From positions 704,001-768,000 of the forward strand of contig JANZKC010000001.1 of assembly GCA_025061115.1 (NCBI GenBank): a stretch of DNA of 64,000 bases. Direction: 5' to 3'. The notes under the pieces were generated by a model. That model was not told the origin of the DNA and made no database searches. It saw only the letters and a list, made by a program, of their open reading frames with translations. Below, one piece after another: positions 1 to 10,662 of the stretch; position 1 is the stretch's first letter; each line of letters starts with the position of its first letter. The stretch comes from Candidatus Culexmicrobium cathedralense. GTDB taxonomy: Archaea > Thermoproteota > Methanomethylicia > Culexarchaeales > Culexmicrobiaceae. Position numbers and translations under genes: made by a program.

Positions 1-534
1 GATCTTCAAGCGGTGAGGGAGGCATTTGAGTTTTGCAGGAATAGCGATTGTAAGTATGGGTTTAACCTCGTTTTTAGGGAGGTTTATGGGCCGGGGGTTA
101 AGGAGGGCTTCGTCTATAATGTGTTGAGGAAGTTTAAGGAGAATAGCATGGAGCTGCAGCTTAATGTTGATCCGGCTGAGGTTAGGGACTTCATGTATAT
201 TGAGGATGCGGTTGCAGCTCTCTTAAAGTCGTGTGAGAAGGTTGATTCGTGGAGGCTTCAGGCAGTATCTGGATATGAAGCGAAGCTTATTCATGTGGTT
301 AGGGGTTTAACTGCCCTTCTCGGCCTCGAAGGAATATGCAGCATCCGATTTTCGAGGAGGAAGTCGAGGAAGGTTGGGGAGGAGCTTGGCGGGGAGATTG
401 AAGCTGCAGATTGGTTTAAGCCTAAGGTTAAGTTGCTTAATGGGTTGAAGTGGACTATTGACTGGTTTGAAGCTGAGTATGGACCAATACTGGTTTGCCC
501 AAATAATAATCATTTGTATTTGGCTTTAAGTTAG
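1..534 (+). CDS. NAD-dependent epimerase/dehydratase family protein, C-terminal part (5' end outside window)
   Basis: VYGPG, RDFMYIEDAV and LLNGLKWTIDWF motifs of the extended-SDR C-terminal half; frame open to the window edge. Confidence 0.75.
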   Translation, partial: DLQAVREAFEFCRNSDCKYGFNLVFREVYGPGVKEGFVYNVLRKFKENSMELQLNVDPAEVRDFMYIEDAVAALLKSCEKVDSWRLQAVSGYEAKLIHVVRGLTALLGLEGICSIRFSRRKSRKVGEELGGEIEAADWFKPKVKLLNGLKWTIDWFEAEYGPILVCPNNNHLYLALS

Positions 535-2045
535 GATAGGCGCGCCATTTTCTTTAGCTCGTTAATTGCATCTTTAAATAGCCTTCTAACCTCTCCGTCT
601 AGGATTGCTATTAATGTGAAGTATATTGCTGCGCCTATGGCTACCCCCATTATCGCCAGCTTGAAGGCTTCAACAAAAACCTTGCATTCGACCTGCCCAA
701 TTCCCAGAAGCCATAAAACTGCAAGCATCACTAGGGATGAGGCAGTGTACTTCATGATGCTCGTTAGTGGAAGTTTGAAGTCGATTTCCCTGCTCAGCTT
801 AAACGCGTAGATGAGCATGGTTAATGCGTCGAAAACCGCCTTAACTCCAATCCACATGAAAACTATGGTTATTGGGTCGCTCACCGAGGTCGACGTGATG
901 TAGAGTACGAGCCCCAGTGCTGCCAGGTAGGCTATGCGAGTTATGAGGCGTATGGATGGGACGTAGAAGAGCTTGCTCTTAATGTAGTCCTTGAATGAAA
1001 CGTTTTCGAATAGCTCAATTCTCTCTATTCCTGCTAGGCTGCCTGCGAATAGGTTGGTTAAGCTTAAGAGTAGAGCTTGAATTGCAGCTACTGAAAGTGC
1101 GCTTGCTGAGGCGATGTAGGCGGGCTTTAGGAGTGAGAGGAAGACCTTCGACATTGCGATTGTTCCAGCCGCCATTGGAATTGCGAACATCAGCATGAAG
1201 CTCATGGCAACTTCAATGTCCCTGCCAGTTCCGCCGCTTAGGAGCTTGGGGTACAGGGCGCTGGTTAATGCGTTCGAGTAGAGTATAACTGCAATAACTG
1301 TTTGGACGGCTTTCATGTGGGCTGCTGGAACTGAACCTATTAGGTAGGTTATCAGCATCACGTCAGCAGTGTTCATGTATGCTGGTAAGAGCCCATATGC
1401 GGGAAGCCACCAAAGCTTAATCCACTTCTTAGCCATTTCCGGGTTGAAGCTTCCCTTCAAATCCTCCCGAAGATATAATGCGAGGAAAAGGACGTAGGCG
1501 TACTTGGCGGCTATGAAGGCAAGCATTGCTCCTGGGAGGCCCATTCTCCACTGAACGACGAGGAAGTAGCCTGCAATTAGCTTGGAGGTTTCAAGTATTA
1601 GCTGCCCATACCCATATGCTTGAGGGGCGACGCCGCTTGCTAAAGCTACTAGGGTTGAGGTGAAGTATTCAGCGGGAATTTGAAGTGCAACTAGCATAAT
1701 TATAAACTGTAGATATTCGTATTCGCTTGCAGGATACATCACGTATGGAGAGGCAGCTGAATACACGAGCAGGGAGACGATCATGACTATCGAGTTAACT
1801 ATTAATCCGGTTTTACCAACTCTGAATCCCCTGCCGGCATATCTTGTGAGCCAGTAGTTGGTCATGGCTGCAGGAATAACCAGGTATTGGACTACGACTC
1901 CAATGTAGTACCATAAGCCGAATTCGGCTTCGGGAAGCCTCCTCGAAGTCATGGTTACGAACATCATTCCGGTGAAGACGCTGATCAAGTTTGAAGCGAA
2001 GTTGACCAGACCTGCATATCTCAGTCGAATCTCTCTTTTCCTCAT
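531..2045 (-). CDS. Polysaccharide/oligosaccharide flippase (Wzx/MOP superfamily)
   Basis: 504 aa with about 12-14 hydrophobic segments; N-terminal 'SRRLPEAEFGLW' matches the Wzx-type 'R.L...efG' pattern; glycosylation context. Confidence 0.75.
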   Translation of the reverse strand: MRKREIRLRYAGLVNFASNLISVFTGMMFVTMTSRRLPEAEFGLWYYIGVVVQYLVIPAAMTNYWLTRYAGRGFRVGKTGLIVNSIVMIVSLLVYSAASPYVMYPASEYEYLQFIIMLVALQIPAEYFTSTLVALASGVAPQAYGYGQLILETSKLIAGYFLVVQWRMGLPGAMLAFIAAKYAYVLFLALYLREDLKGSFNPEMAKKWIKLWWLPAYGLLPAYMNTADVMLITYLIGSVPAAHMKAVQTVIAVILYSNALTSALYPKLLSGGTGRDIEVAMSFMLMFAIPMAAGTIAMSKVFLSLLKPAYIASASALSVAAIQALLLSLTNLFAGSLAGIERIELFENVSFKDYIKSKLFYVPSIRLITRIAYLAALGLVLYITSTSVSDPITIVFMWIGVKAVFDALTMLIYAFKLSREIDFKLPLTSIMKYTASSLVMLAVLWLLGIGQVECKVFVEAFKLAIMGVAIGAAIYFTLIAILDGEVRRLFKDAINELKKMARLS

Positions 2046-2124
2046 CGAGGCATCCCAACTTGCAAATCACTAGCGCTAAATTTTTAGTGTAAGATAAATT
2101 TAATGCTTAATACCTGCTGAGCTG

Positions 2125-3141
2125 GTGTTGAGGTTGGAGCTGCTGCTCAACTTAGTGATTGCACTTGCAGCCTCATTTGCAGCTACGTTCATAGCCATGC
2201 CATTGTTAATGAAGTTCCTCCGGGAAAGAGGCATAGTCGGCATTGACGTTCATAAGCCGAGCAGGCCTGAAGTCCCTGAAATGGGCGGCATAGGAATAGT
2301 TTTTGGGTTGTTCATTGGAGTACTCGCCTCAATGTGGGTGGGTAGCTGGGCTAAGTACTTGGCCTTCCTAACTACAGTTGCATTCACAGCCCTCATTGGA
2401 TTGATAGATGATTTGTATACGCTTAGAGCTAAGGTTAAGACTGCACTTACAGTTTTGGCCTTCGCTCCCCTCCTAATTTTCTCAATGATGTTTCCAAGTC
2501 AAATTGTGCTGGGCAGGCCTGAGCTTCCATTCATTGGGAGGCTTAGGCTCACAATAGTTTACTGGCTTCTATTGCCCTTTGCAATTGCAGTTCCAGCTAA
2601 TGCGGTTAACATGATGGACACTTATAATGGGGTTATGTCGGGCTCCTGCGCGATGGCTTCACTTTCACTGCTCATAGCCTGCGCGATTTTGGGGAGGGTT
2701 GAAGCGGCATTGATGTCTGCAGCTCTACTTGGAGCTCTATTGGCATTCTACTGGTATAATAGGTATCCGGCGAGGGTGTTTGCGGGGGATGTTGGAAGCC
2801 TATCTGTTGGAGCTGCAATTGGAGCAATTGCAGTTATAGGGAGAGTTGAAGTGGTGAGCATAACGGTTCTCATGCCATTCATCATGAATGCATTTCACTC
2901 CCTAACAAGTTTGGGAGGCCTCTTGGAGAGGAGGGAAATTAAGGAGAGGCCTGTAATTGTTGGGGAAGGCGGAGTTTTACGGGCCAACTTAAATAAGGGT
3001 GCGCCCGCAACCCTAGCTAACCTACTTCTCCGCAAGGGGCCGGCAACCGAAATTGAGTTGGTGAGGGCATACCACGTGCTGGCTGCAACAGCAAGCATTC
3101 TCGGAGTATTAACGGCGCTGCTCATGGGGGTTAGAATGTGA
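2125..3141 (+). CDS. aglH: UDP-GlcNAc:dolichyl-phosphate GlcNAc-1-P transferase (GPT/AglH, MraY family)
   Basis: DVHKP..PEMGG, GLIDD, NAVNMMDTYNG and YPARVFAGDVG motifs; polytopic membrane protein. Confidence 0.85.
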   Translation: MLRLELLLNLVIALAASFAATFIAMPLLMKFLRERGIVGIDVHKPSRPEVPEMGGIGIVFGLFIGVLASMWVGSWAKYLAFLTTVAFTALIGLIDDLYTLRAKVKTALTVLAFAPLLIFSMMFPSQIVLGRPELPFIGRLRLTIVYWLLLPFAIAVPANAVNMMDTYNGVMSGSCAMASLSLLIACAILGRVEAALMSAALLGALLAFYWYNRYPARVFAGDVGSLSVGAAIGAIAVIGRVEVVSITVLMPFIMNAFHSLTSLGGLLERREIKERPVIVGEGGVLRANLNKGAPATLANLLLRKGPATEIELVRAYHVLAATASILGVLTALLMGVRM

Positions 3142-3389
3142 ATGCATTTCGGAGGAGCTTCGAGCTGACGCTAATCATGATAGTGGTTTGGCTTAGCATG
3201 CTACTTGTATTCATAATTATAGATCGGGTTGTAGTTCCAATCTCAATTCCAAAGCCAAACTACGTGTTCAGGCTTTTGGAAGCAGTCATTAAGCTGGCTG
3301 CAGCTGGAGCAATTGCACTTGCATGGCTTGGAATGTGGAGCTACTTGGTCAAAATTTATAGGAGGAAAGCTAAGCCTAGTGGAGAGTGA
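3138..3389 (+). CDS. Small 2-TM membrane protein, translationally coupled to aglH
   Basis: 4-bp GTGA overlap with the aglH stop; two hydrophobic helices and a basic tail. Confidence 0.6.
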   Translation: MNAFRRSFELTLIMIVVWLSMLLVFIIIDRVVVPISIPKPNYVFRLLEAVIKLAAAGAIALAWLGMWSYLVKIYRRKAKPSGE

Positions 3390-4188
3390 ACTTCTCGCCT
3401 GAAGCCCACCTCTTCTCGAAGGCGTCGAGAAATACGCAGATTAACCCCCTATTCTCCGTGTAGTGGGGCCTGTAGAGAACCGGCCTCCAATAATGCTCCT
3501 CCTCCTCGGCGGCCCAAATTAGGAATATTAACTTAGACCTATCGGCAATAACACCTCTAGTCGGATACCACTTTTCAGGTGCAACTTTAACTTCAGCCCC
3601 CATCCTAACGAGCCTTTCAGCTCTCCTTCTAGCCTCGGGGGTTGATGTGCACATTAAAACTCTAACCTTCACTCCGCGCTTAATTGCATCCCTAATTTCC
3701 CTCTCAACCTTGGGGAACCACGAGAACAGCTCGGTGAATATTAGGACTTCCTCCCTAGCCATGCTAATGATCTCCATAGTTCTAACTTCCATTTCATAGA
3801 GGTCTGCAAGCGGCTCCAGCAGCTCCTCAGGCTTAATTCTCAACCTATTTCTCCAATATATTTCCTCGAGCTCCCCCTCCATTTCGCTGAAGATCTCCTT
3901 CATTCGCTTAAGCTCCTCACTTAAAATCGACTCCCTATACTTCACGTACTGCTCGAAGGCTTTCTTAGGCGCAATGGCTTCAAACCTCCTAGGCCTTCCA
4001 GGGAGGATTTTCACGAAGCCCTTCTCGGCGAGAAGCTCAAGTATCCCATAAACTCTTGGAAGCGGAACTTTAGAGTAGCTGCTGACCTCCTCTGCTGTTA
4101 GCTCAGCCCTATCAAGCAGCGCTATGTAGGCCTTAGCCTCATACTCGGTTAGCCCCAAGCTTTTAAGTTTACTTATAAGCTCGGTCAT
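3376..4188 (-). CDS. TrmB family transcriptional regulator
   Basis: N-terminal 'LGLTEYEAKAYIAL...VPLPRVYGILELLAEKGFV' wHTH; PLD-like effector domain (GVKVRVL, VIADR). Confidence 0.9.
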   Translation of the reverse strand: MTELISKLKSLGLTEYEAKAYIALLDRAELTAEEVSSYSKVPLPRVYGILELLAEKGFVKILPGRPRRFEAIAPKKAFEQYVKYRESILSEELKRMKEIFSEMEGELEEIYWRNRLRIKPEELLEPLADLYEMEVRTMEIISMAREEVLIFTELFSWFPKVEREIRDAIKRGVKVRVLMCTSTPEARRRAERLVRMGAEVKVAPEKWYPTRGVIADRSKLIFLIWAAEEEEHYWRPVLYRPHYTENRGLICVFLDAFEKRWASGEKFTLH

Positions 4189-4267
4189 CGGTTAAAGGTT
4201 TGAAGAAAACTTATATATTTTATATTTCACCGAGTTTATAGAAAAACCAGTTAATTTGGTGCTCCCA

Positions 4268-5323
4268 ATGATCATGTGGCTTGATGCATTGACGCCGAAG
4301 CAAGCGCAGTTAATGATGGCGGTCAAAGCCGAGCTCGAGGAGGAAGGGTGGAAGGCGATCATAACGACTAGGAGGCACGACTACACTCTAGACATATTCA
4401 AGCTTAAAGGTGAGGAGCCAATTGTTGTTGGAGAGTATGGCGGGGAGAGGCTGGAGGGCAAGTTGGAAGCAAGCTTGAAGAGGAGCTTAAAGCTTCTTGA
4501 AGCCATTGCAGCCCTCCCCGAAAAGCCCAAGCTTCACATTTCACTTTCATCTCCAGAGGCTGTGAGGGTCGCATTTGGACTCAAGATTCCAATAATTCTA
4601 TTCAATGACACACCCCACTCAATATTCGTGAATAGGCTTACGCTTCCACTGGCAGTTAAAGTCGTAGTTCCGGAGGCAATACCCAAGAGGGCGTTCTCCT
4701 ACGCCGTCCCTGAAAGTAGGATTGCCCACTACCATGGAGTGGATGAAGTGGCGTGGATTAGGAATTTCAAGCCAAACCCCGCCGTCCTAGATGAGCTCGG
4801 GTTGAGCATGGACGACGACATAGTCGTGGTTAGGAGCGAGGAGGCTAAGGCTTCATACTACCCGAAGTTGAAGGTCCCCCCAACAATCAAGCTTATAGGT
4901 GAACTAATCAAGCTGGAGGACGTCAAGATAGTTTACTTCACGAGGTATTGGGATCAGAAGAGAGCTGCTCTGAAGATGTTCCCCAACCTAATTATTCCAG
5001 AAAGAGCTGTGGATGGGCCAAGCCTAATCGCCTACTCAAAATTGGTGGTTACTGGCGGAGGAACCATGGCTAGGGAGGGAGCCCTGCTTGGAGTTCCATC
5101 AATATCCGTGTTTCCCGCAATGCTGCATGTAAACGAGTGGCTTAGGGATAAGGGGTACCCAATATGGTGGCTTAGGAGGGTTGATGAGGCGATTGATCAA
5201 GCCTTGAGGATTTTGAGGGATCCTGACAAGTTTAGGATTGACACTCGCAAAATGCTCTTGGAGCTTGAAAGCCCAGCTGAAGCTTTAATTAGAGTTTTGG
5301 AGGAGGTGAAGGTTCTTGGATAA
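4268..5323 (+). CDS. DUF354 family GT-B-fold protein
   Basis: 'WLDALTPKQ', 'DTPH', 'GVDE' and 'GGGTMAREGALLGVPSIS' motifs; start chosen at ATG 4268. Confidence 0.8.
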   Translation: MIMWLDALTPKQAQLMMAVKAELEEEGWKAIITTRRHDYTLDIFKLKGEEPIVVGEYGGERLEGKLEASLKRSLKLLEAIAALPEKPKLHISLSSPEAVRVAFGLKIPIILFNDTPHSIFVNRLTLPLAVKVVVPEAIPKRAFSYAVPESRIAHYHGVDEVAWIRNFKPNPAVLDELGLSMDDDIVVVRSEEAKASYYPKLKVPPTIKLIGELIKLEDVKIVYFTRYWDQKRAALKMFPNLIIPERAVDGPSLIAYSKLVVTGGGTMAREGALLGVPSISVFPAMLHVNEWLRDKGYPIWWLRRVDEAIDQALRILRDPDKFRIDTRKMLLELESPAEALIRVLEEVKVLG

Positions 5324-6269
5324 AGTTAGGGTTGCAGTTATTGGATGCGGCTTTTGGGGGAGAAATCACCTAAGAGTTTTCAGTGAAATTCCAAGTGCGG
5401 AGCTGGTAGCAGCTGCAGATATAGATCCTGAAAGGGCAAGATTCGCTGAGGAGAGGTATGGCGTCAAAGCATACTTGAAGTTTGAGGAAATGCTTGAAAG
5501 GGAGGGGATTGATGCAGTAACCATATGCACTCCATCAATAACCCACACTGAAGTTGCTTTAAAGTGCATTGAAGCCGGCGTCCACGTCCTAGTTGAAAAG
5601 CCGATGACGACGAGCGTTGAGGATGGAGTTAAATTAATTGAGGCGGCAAGGGAGAGAGGCATTCACTTACTGGTTGGGCATATTGAGAGATTTAATCCAG
5701 GAGTGCAGAGGGTTAAGGGCTACATTGATGAGGGGAAGGTTGGGCAAGTTGTTCTCATTTCATCGAAAAGGGTTTCTCGATGGCCGATTAGAATTGGCGA
5801 TGTAGGAGTTGTGAAGGATTTAGCAATCCACGATGTGGACATCGTTAGGTTTCTCACGGGGAAGGACCCAGTTGAAGTATATGCGATTGCAGGCAGCATT
5901 CAGCACAAGTATGAGGATTATGCAAGCATAGTTTTGAGGTTTCAGGGACTACCAGTTGCATTTATTGAAGCTAACTGGCTTACACCCAGGAAGTTGAGGA
6001 AGCTAACGGTGACTGGAAGTGAGGGGGTAATATCCTTGGACTACTTGTCTCAGGAGACGACCATCATGAACTCCCACGGGATCTTCATTCCCATAACTCC
6101 ATGGGAGGAGCCGCTGAAGAAGGAGCTCACCCACTTCGTAAATGTGGTTTTGGGATTGGAGAAGCCGCTGATAAGCGGCTTGGATGGATTGATGGCAGTC
6201 TACATATGCGAAATGGCTCTCAAATCAGCTTCAACAGGCTCCCCAATAAGGTTGAAAGCGCCAATTTAG
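5316..6269 (+). CDS. Gfo/Idh/MocA oxidoreductase (WlbA/WbpB-like nucleotide-sugar dehydrogenase)
   Basis: GCGFWG, HVLVEKP, GHIERFNP and DLAIHD motifs. Confidence 0.85.
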   Translation: MDKVRVAVIGCGFWGRNHLRVFSEIPSAELVAAADIDPERARFAEERYGVKAYLKFEEMLEREGIDAVTICTPSITHTEVALKCIEAGVHVLVEKPMTTSVEDGVKLIEAARERGIHLLVGHIERFNPGVQRVKGYIDEGKVGQVVLISSKRVSRWPIRIGDVGVVKDLAIHDVDIVRFLTGKDPVEVYAIAGSIQHKYEDYASIVLRFQGLPVAFIEANWLTPRKLRKLTVTGSEGVISLDYLSQETTIMNSHGIFIPITPWEEPLKKELTHFVNVVLGLEKPLISGLDGLMAVYICEMALKSASTGSPIRLKAPI

Positions 6270-6280
6270 GGGGAGGCCCA

Positions 6281-7498
6281 TTGAAGGGGGTTGTTCTGGC
6301 GGCAGGATTGGGAAGCAGGCTTAACCCACTAACGGCAACGCGGCCAAAGCACCTACTCCCACTGGCTGGAAGGCCAATACTGGAGCACGTGATAATGGCG
6401 CTTAAGGAGGCAGGAGTGGAGGAAATTGGAGTTGTTGTCCACTACTTCAAGGAGAAGATCATGAAGATCCTTGGAGGCGGAGAGAATTACGGCGTCAAGC
6501 TAACCTACATCGACCAGGGAAGCGCGAGGGGGACTGCCCACGCAATAATGGCTGCGGAAAAGTACGTTGGAGATGAAAGGTTCATCGTCGCATATGGAGA
6601 TGTGACCGCCAGGGCCAGCATCATAAAGCAGGCCTTGAAGCTCCACGATGCGGCGGGGGTAGCAGCAACAATGATTTCAGTTGAGGTTGAGGACCCATGG
6701 AATTACGGCGTGCTCTCAATCGATCAAGATGGATTTCTAATCAAGGTTGTTGAAAAGCCTAGGAAGGGGGAGGAGCCAAGCAACCTGATAAACGCTGGAA
6801 TATACGTCTTGGAGGGAGGGAAGGTCTTCAAGCTCATAGGTCAAACTCCCGTATCGCCCAGAGGGGAAATCGAATTCACCGACACCCTGCAGCTACTAGT
6901 CAATAGGGGGGAAAGAGTTGCGGTTCTAAGGACTAGTCGAGAATGGTGGTTTGACATTGGAAGGCCCTGGGACCTACTGGATGCAAACAGGGCAATGCTA
7001 AGGGAGCTTGCTGAAAGCGAGGGGTGGAAGGGCGGAGTTAAGGTTGACGCTTCCGCTAAGCTGGAGAAAGGCGTTAAATTGCTGCCTCCAGTAGTAATTG
7101 GAGGAAAATGCACAATTAAGGAGGGAAGCGTAATAGGCCCATACACGGTCATATGCGATGAAGTGGAAGTGGGAGTTAAGAGCAGAATTGAGAATAGCGT
7201 AATCCTAGGTGGAACCATCATAGAGAATAGCTGTAAGATATCCCACAGCATCATTGGAGGAAACTGCATAATTGAAAGTGAAGTGGAGTTTCAAAGCAAA
7301 AACCCCGATGGGTCAAACGTGTACATGACAATTAAGGGAGTTAGGGTGAATAGTGGAAGAAAAATATTGGGCTCAGTTGTGGGCGACCTCTCCTTCGTTG
7401 GAAGGGGGGCCATCATAGCCCCCGGCACGTCGATTTTTCCGAGGTCGGTTGTGCCGAGGAGGAGATTGGTTCTCGGCGACGTGAGCTACTCGCCTTGA
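6281..7498 (+). CDS. Archaeal GlmU-like sugar-1-phosphate nucleotidyltransferase/acetyltransferase
   Basis: LAAGLGSRLNPLT..RPK, EKP, SPRGEIEFTD and hexapeptide-repeat C-terminus; TTG start at 6281 after GGAGG (the ORF-track start at 6101 overlaps the previous gene). Confidence 0.85.
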   Translation: MKGVVLAAGLGSRLNPLTATRPKHLLPLAGRPILEHVIMALKEAGVEEIGVVVHYFKEKIMKILGGGENYGVKLTYIDQGSARGTAHAIMAAEKYVGDERFIVAYGDVTARASIIKQALKLHDAAGVAATMISVEVEDPWNYGVLSIDQDGFLIKVVEKPRKGEEPSNLINAGIYVLEGGKVFKLIGQTPVSPRGEIEFTDTLQLLVNRGERVAVLRTSREWWFDIGRPWDLLDANRAMLRELAESEGWKGGVKVDASAKLEKGVKLLPPVVIGGKCTIKEGSVIGPYTVICDEVEVGVKSRIENSVILGGTIIENSCKISHSIIGGNCIIESEVEFQSKNPDGSNVYMTIKGVRVNSGRKILGSVVGDLSFVGRGAIIAPGTSIFPRSVVPRRRLVLGDVSYSP

Positions 7499-8400
7499 CG
7501 CCTACTCTCCTCCAAAAGCGCTTTATAGTGCTCCCATTGCATGTCCACGAACTCTTGAAGCTTCTCAACATCCTCATCGCTCATCTTCGCGAATCTACCT
7601 TGAAGCTTCAAGTACTCCCTAATCGGCTTCCTCCTAGCCTTATCAATTAGCGCTGCGCTAGGCCCAGTCAACCTGAATACTCCATTCTCAATTTCATATA
7701 GAGCCCACATTCCAGTTAGAACTGCAAGCCTTCCAACCTCAACGGTCTTCTCGCTTGGAAACCTCCAGCCTGGAGGGCATGGAGCTAATAGGTGAATGTA
7801 CTTGGTGCCCCTATACTTGGCTGCCTTCCTAACCTTAGCAATGAAGTCAAGCGGGTAGGCTACGCATGCAGTTGCAATGTATGGCAAGTTGTGGGCCGCC
7901 ATGATCATTGGAACATCCTTCTTGAACTCCTTCTTGCCAGTCCAAGTGGTAGTTGTCCACGCTCCATATGGAGTGGCTCCACTCCTCTGAATTCCAGTGT
8001 TCATGTAAGCCTCATTATCGTAGCAAATGTAGATTATGTTGTCACCCCTCTCAGCAGCTCCACTCAAAGCCTGAATACCAATGTCGGCCGTTCCACCATC
8101 GCCGGCCCAGACAACCACGTGAACGTCCTTCTCGCCCTTAACCTCCAATCCAGCAGCAACTCCAGAAGCCGTAGCCGCCGAAGCCGCGAAGGCTATGTTT
8201 AGCACTGGAAAGTTGGCTGCAGTTTTGGGGAAAGCTCCCTGAATGATCGTTGAGCAGCATGCAGGCACAACCAAAATTAGCTTTCCGCCCAAGGCTTTTC
8301 CAAGCATTCTCAATCCAAGTGAAGCTGGGCATCCAGGGCAGGAGGCATTTCCAGCTAAAAGGTACTCCTCAACAGGCAAGTCCTTAACTGTAATTCTCAT
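7486..8400 (-). CDS. porB: 2-oxoacid (pyruvate/ketoisovalerate):ferredoxin oxidoreductase beta subunit
   Basis: CPGC, GDGGTADIG, YDNEAYMNTGIQRS and PCPPGW motifs. Confidence 0.93.
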   Translation of the reverse strand: MRITVKDLPVEEYLLAGNASCPGCPASLGLRMLGKALGGKLILVVPACCSTIIQGAFPKTAANFPVLNIAFAASAATASGVAAGLEVKGEKDVHVVVWAGDGGTADIGIQALSGAAERGDNIIYICYDNEAYMNTGIQRSGATPYGAWTTTTWTGKKEFKKDVPMIMAAHNLPYIATACVAYPLDFIAKVRKAAKYRGTKYIHLLAPCPPGWRFPSEKTVEVGRLAVLTGMWALYEIENGVFRLTGPSAALIDKARRKPIREYLKLQGRFAKMSDEDVEKLQEFVDMQWEHYKALLEESRRQGE

Positions 8401-9590
8401 GGAATCACCTCCCTCTTCAAGTTAATCCATATTGGAGGCTGCTCTCCAAGCCCCTTCTCGATGATTTCGTAGAGCTTCTTGCCGACCGAAATGAAATCTT
8501 TGACTGTGACGTCCCTACCTCCAAGTCCAGCAATGAAGTTTTGGGCAGTAACTTTAAGCCCCTGCAGGGCGGACTTAATCTCGCCATGCAGAATGCCGCT
8601 ATAGCCATAGCTGTAATTCCTATCCACAATTGCAACTGCCTTGAATCCACTGCAAATGCTCCTCAGCTCCTCAGTTGGAAATGGCCTGATGGTCCTCATT
8701 TTTATGGCGCCAATCCGGTAGCCTTCATCCCTCAGAATGTCAACTGCATCCTTAGCATCTCCAGCCGAAGACCCCATGGTAATTATGGCTGCATCAGCAT
8801 CGCTGCACCGATACGCTTCAACTAGGCTGTCATAGTACCTTCCAGTCATTTTCCCATACTCTTTACCAGCTTCAACAATCACCTTCTTAGCCCTCTCCAT
8901 GGCCATAGCTATCTGATAGCGAAACTCCATCAGCCAGTCGGGGTAGGTCAGGTTTCCATGGGTAACTGGATTTGAGGGATCGAGAACGTATGGCAGCTTT
9001 CTAGCTCCTGGAGGAGGCAGGTAGTTGTCGACTTCAGACTGCTCAGGCATGATAACTGGAGCAGCAGTGTGGGATAGGATGAAGGCATCTAGAGTTACCA
9101 TTGCAGGCTGAAGAACCCTCTCATCCTCGGAAATCCTGAAGGCTTGAATCGTCAAGTCAAATGCTTCCTGATTATCCTCAGCGAAGAATATTATCCAGCC
9201 GCAGTCCCTATGGGCTAAAACGTCATTGTGCTCGGTCCAAATGGACCATGGAGGCCCAATGGCCCTGGTGACGATTGCCATCACCATTGGGTACCTGCCC
9301 ATCCCAGCCCACCAAACCATCTCGGACATGTATAGTAGGCCTTGGGATGCAGTTGCAGTGAAAACCCTAGCTCCAGTAGCCGAAGCCCCTATGCATGCAG
9401 CCATGGCGCTGTGCTCGCTCTCAACCCTAATGTACTTTGCATTCAGCTCTCCAGATTCAACAAACTGAGCCAACTTCTCAACAATCGTCGTCTGAGGCGT
9501 TATTGGGTAGGCGGCTATTACTTGAGCTCTAGAAAGCTTGACGGCATGAGCCACCGCATAATTTCCAGTTAAAACCTTACTTACAACCAT
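8397..9590 (-). CDS. porA: 2-oxoacid:ferredoxin oxidoreductase alpha subunit
   Basis: AYPITPQT, VESEHSA, TATASQGL and GLGGRD motifs. Confidence 0.93.
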   Translation of the reverse strand: MVVSKVLTGNYAVAHAVKLSRAQVIAAYPITPQTTIVEKLAQFVESGELNAKYIRVESEHSAMAACIGASATGARVFTATASQGLLYMSEMVWWAGMGRYPMVMAIVTRAIGPPWSIWTEHNDVLAHRDCGWIIFFAEDNQEAFDLTIQAFRISEDERVLQPAMVTLDAFILSHTAAPVIMPEQSEVDNYLPPPGARKLPYVLDPSNPVTHGNLTYPDWLMEFRYQIAMAMERAKKVIVEAGKEYGKMTGRYYDSLVEAYRCSDADAAIITMGSSAGDAKDAVDILRDEGYRIGAIKMRTIRPFPTEELRSICSGFKAVAIVDRNYSYGYSGILHGEIKSALQGLKVTAQNFIAGLGGRDVTVKDFISVGKKLYEIIEKGLGEQPPIWINLKREVIP

Positions 9591-9594
9591 ACCT

Positions 9595-9867
9595 TCACTC
9601 CTCCAAAACCATTTCTATAGCTTTAGCTGGACACTCATTAGCGCAAACCCCACAGCCCTTACAGTAGTCATAGTCGACCTCAACGCTCATCAAGTCCTCC
9701 CCAACCCTCTTAATAGCGCCCTCAGGGCAGTAGAGCCAGCATAAAAGGCAGTGGCGGCACTTAGACTGATCAATTACAGGCTTAAATGACCTCCAAATTC
9801 CAGTTAACCCTACAGCTCCCCTCGTGGGCTTGGAAAGTGGGGTTAAGGGTAACTTTTCAATACTCAA
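9595..9867 (-). CDS. porD: 2-oxoacid:ferredoxin oxidoreductase delta subunit (2x4Fe-4S)
   Basis: TGIWR, CRHCLLCWLYCP and DYDYCKGCGVCANECP; TTG start after GGAGG. Confidence 0.92.
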   Translation of the reverse strand: MSIEKLPLTPLSKPTRGAVGLTGIWRSFKPVIDQSKCRHCLLCWLYCPEGAIKRVGEDLMSVEVDYDYCKGCGVCANECPAKAIEMVLEE

Positions 9868-9869
9868 AC

Positions 9870-10436
9870 CTAACCCTCCCAAATAACAATTGAATCGTAA
9901 GCTAATTTGGCGGCTTCAGCATTCAACTCTCCAAGCTTACCTGACCAAGCACTGGTAATCGCCTTGACAACGGAGTCTATTGAGACTATGCCGGTGGCCT
10001 TAGCTACTGCTCCAACCATGGCAGTGTTAACTGCTGGGAAGCCTGCAAAGTAGAGTCCAAGTTTAACTGCAATTCCAGTTGCATCCACAGTTCCAACTTT
10101 AAAGCCCTTGTAGCCGAGCTCCTCAGGCCTCCTCTTATCATTGACTATTAGGATGCCGCCCTTCTTCAATCCGTGGAGAACGTCAACTACACCGAATATC
10201 TTGGGGTCAAACACTACGACAACGTCAGGCTCATAGATTTGACTGTGCCTCCTAATGGGCTCGCTGGAAATCCTGGAAAACGCTTGAACAGGAGCACCTC
10301 TACGCTCAGCGCCAAACATTGGGATGCTCTGTCCCCACTTGCCCTCAATGAAGGCTGCTTCAACAAGAAGCCTAGACGCTGTAACTACTCCCTGACCGCC
10401 TCTACCATGAAATCTAACTTCGAAAAGCCGCAACAA
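9870..10436 (-). CDS. porG: 2-oxoacid:ferredoxin oxidoreductase gamma subunit
   Basis: EVRFHGRGGQG, FGAERRGAPV and NTAMVGA motifs. Confidence 0.93.
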   Translation of the reverse strand: MLRLFEVRFHGRGGQGVVTASRLLVEAAFIEGKWGQSIPMFGAERRGAPVQAFSRISSEPIRRHSQIYEPDVVVVFDPKIFGVVDVLHGLKKGGILIVNDKRRPEELGYKGFKVGTVDATGIAVKLGLYFAGFPAVNTAMVGAVAKATGIVSIDSVVKAITSAWSGKLGELNAEAAKLAYDSIVIWEG

Positions 10437-10662
10437 ATAGTATCATTCCCCGAGCCACCCTATTTAGACAAACACCTAAAAATTTTACGATAAAAGATTA
10501 AAATCAATAGACAAAGCAACGTAATATAATATATCAGCGCTCAACAAGCACCAACCCAAACCAGCCGCACCACCCGACAATAAACCTAAACAGACCAGCA
10601 GTAATATAAATACGAAAAAACTTATCCGAAAAGGCAACAAATACTAGTCAGGTGACAGTCGA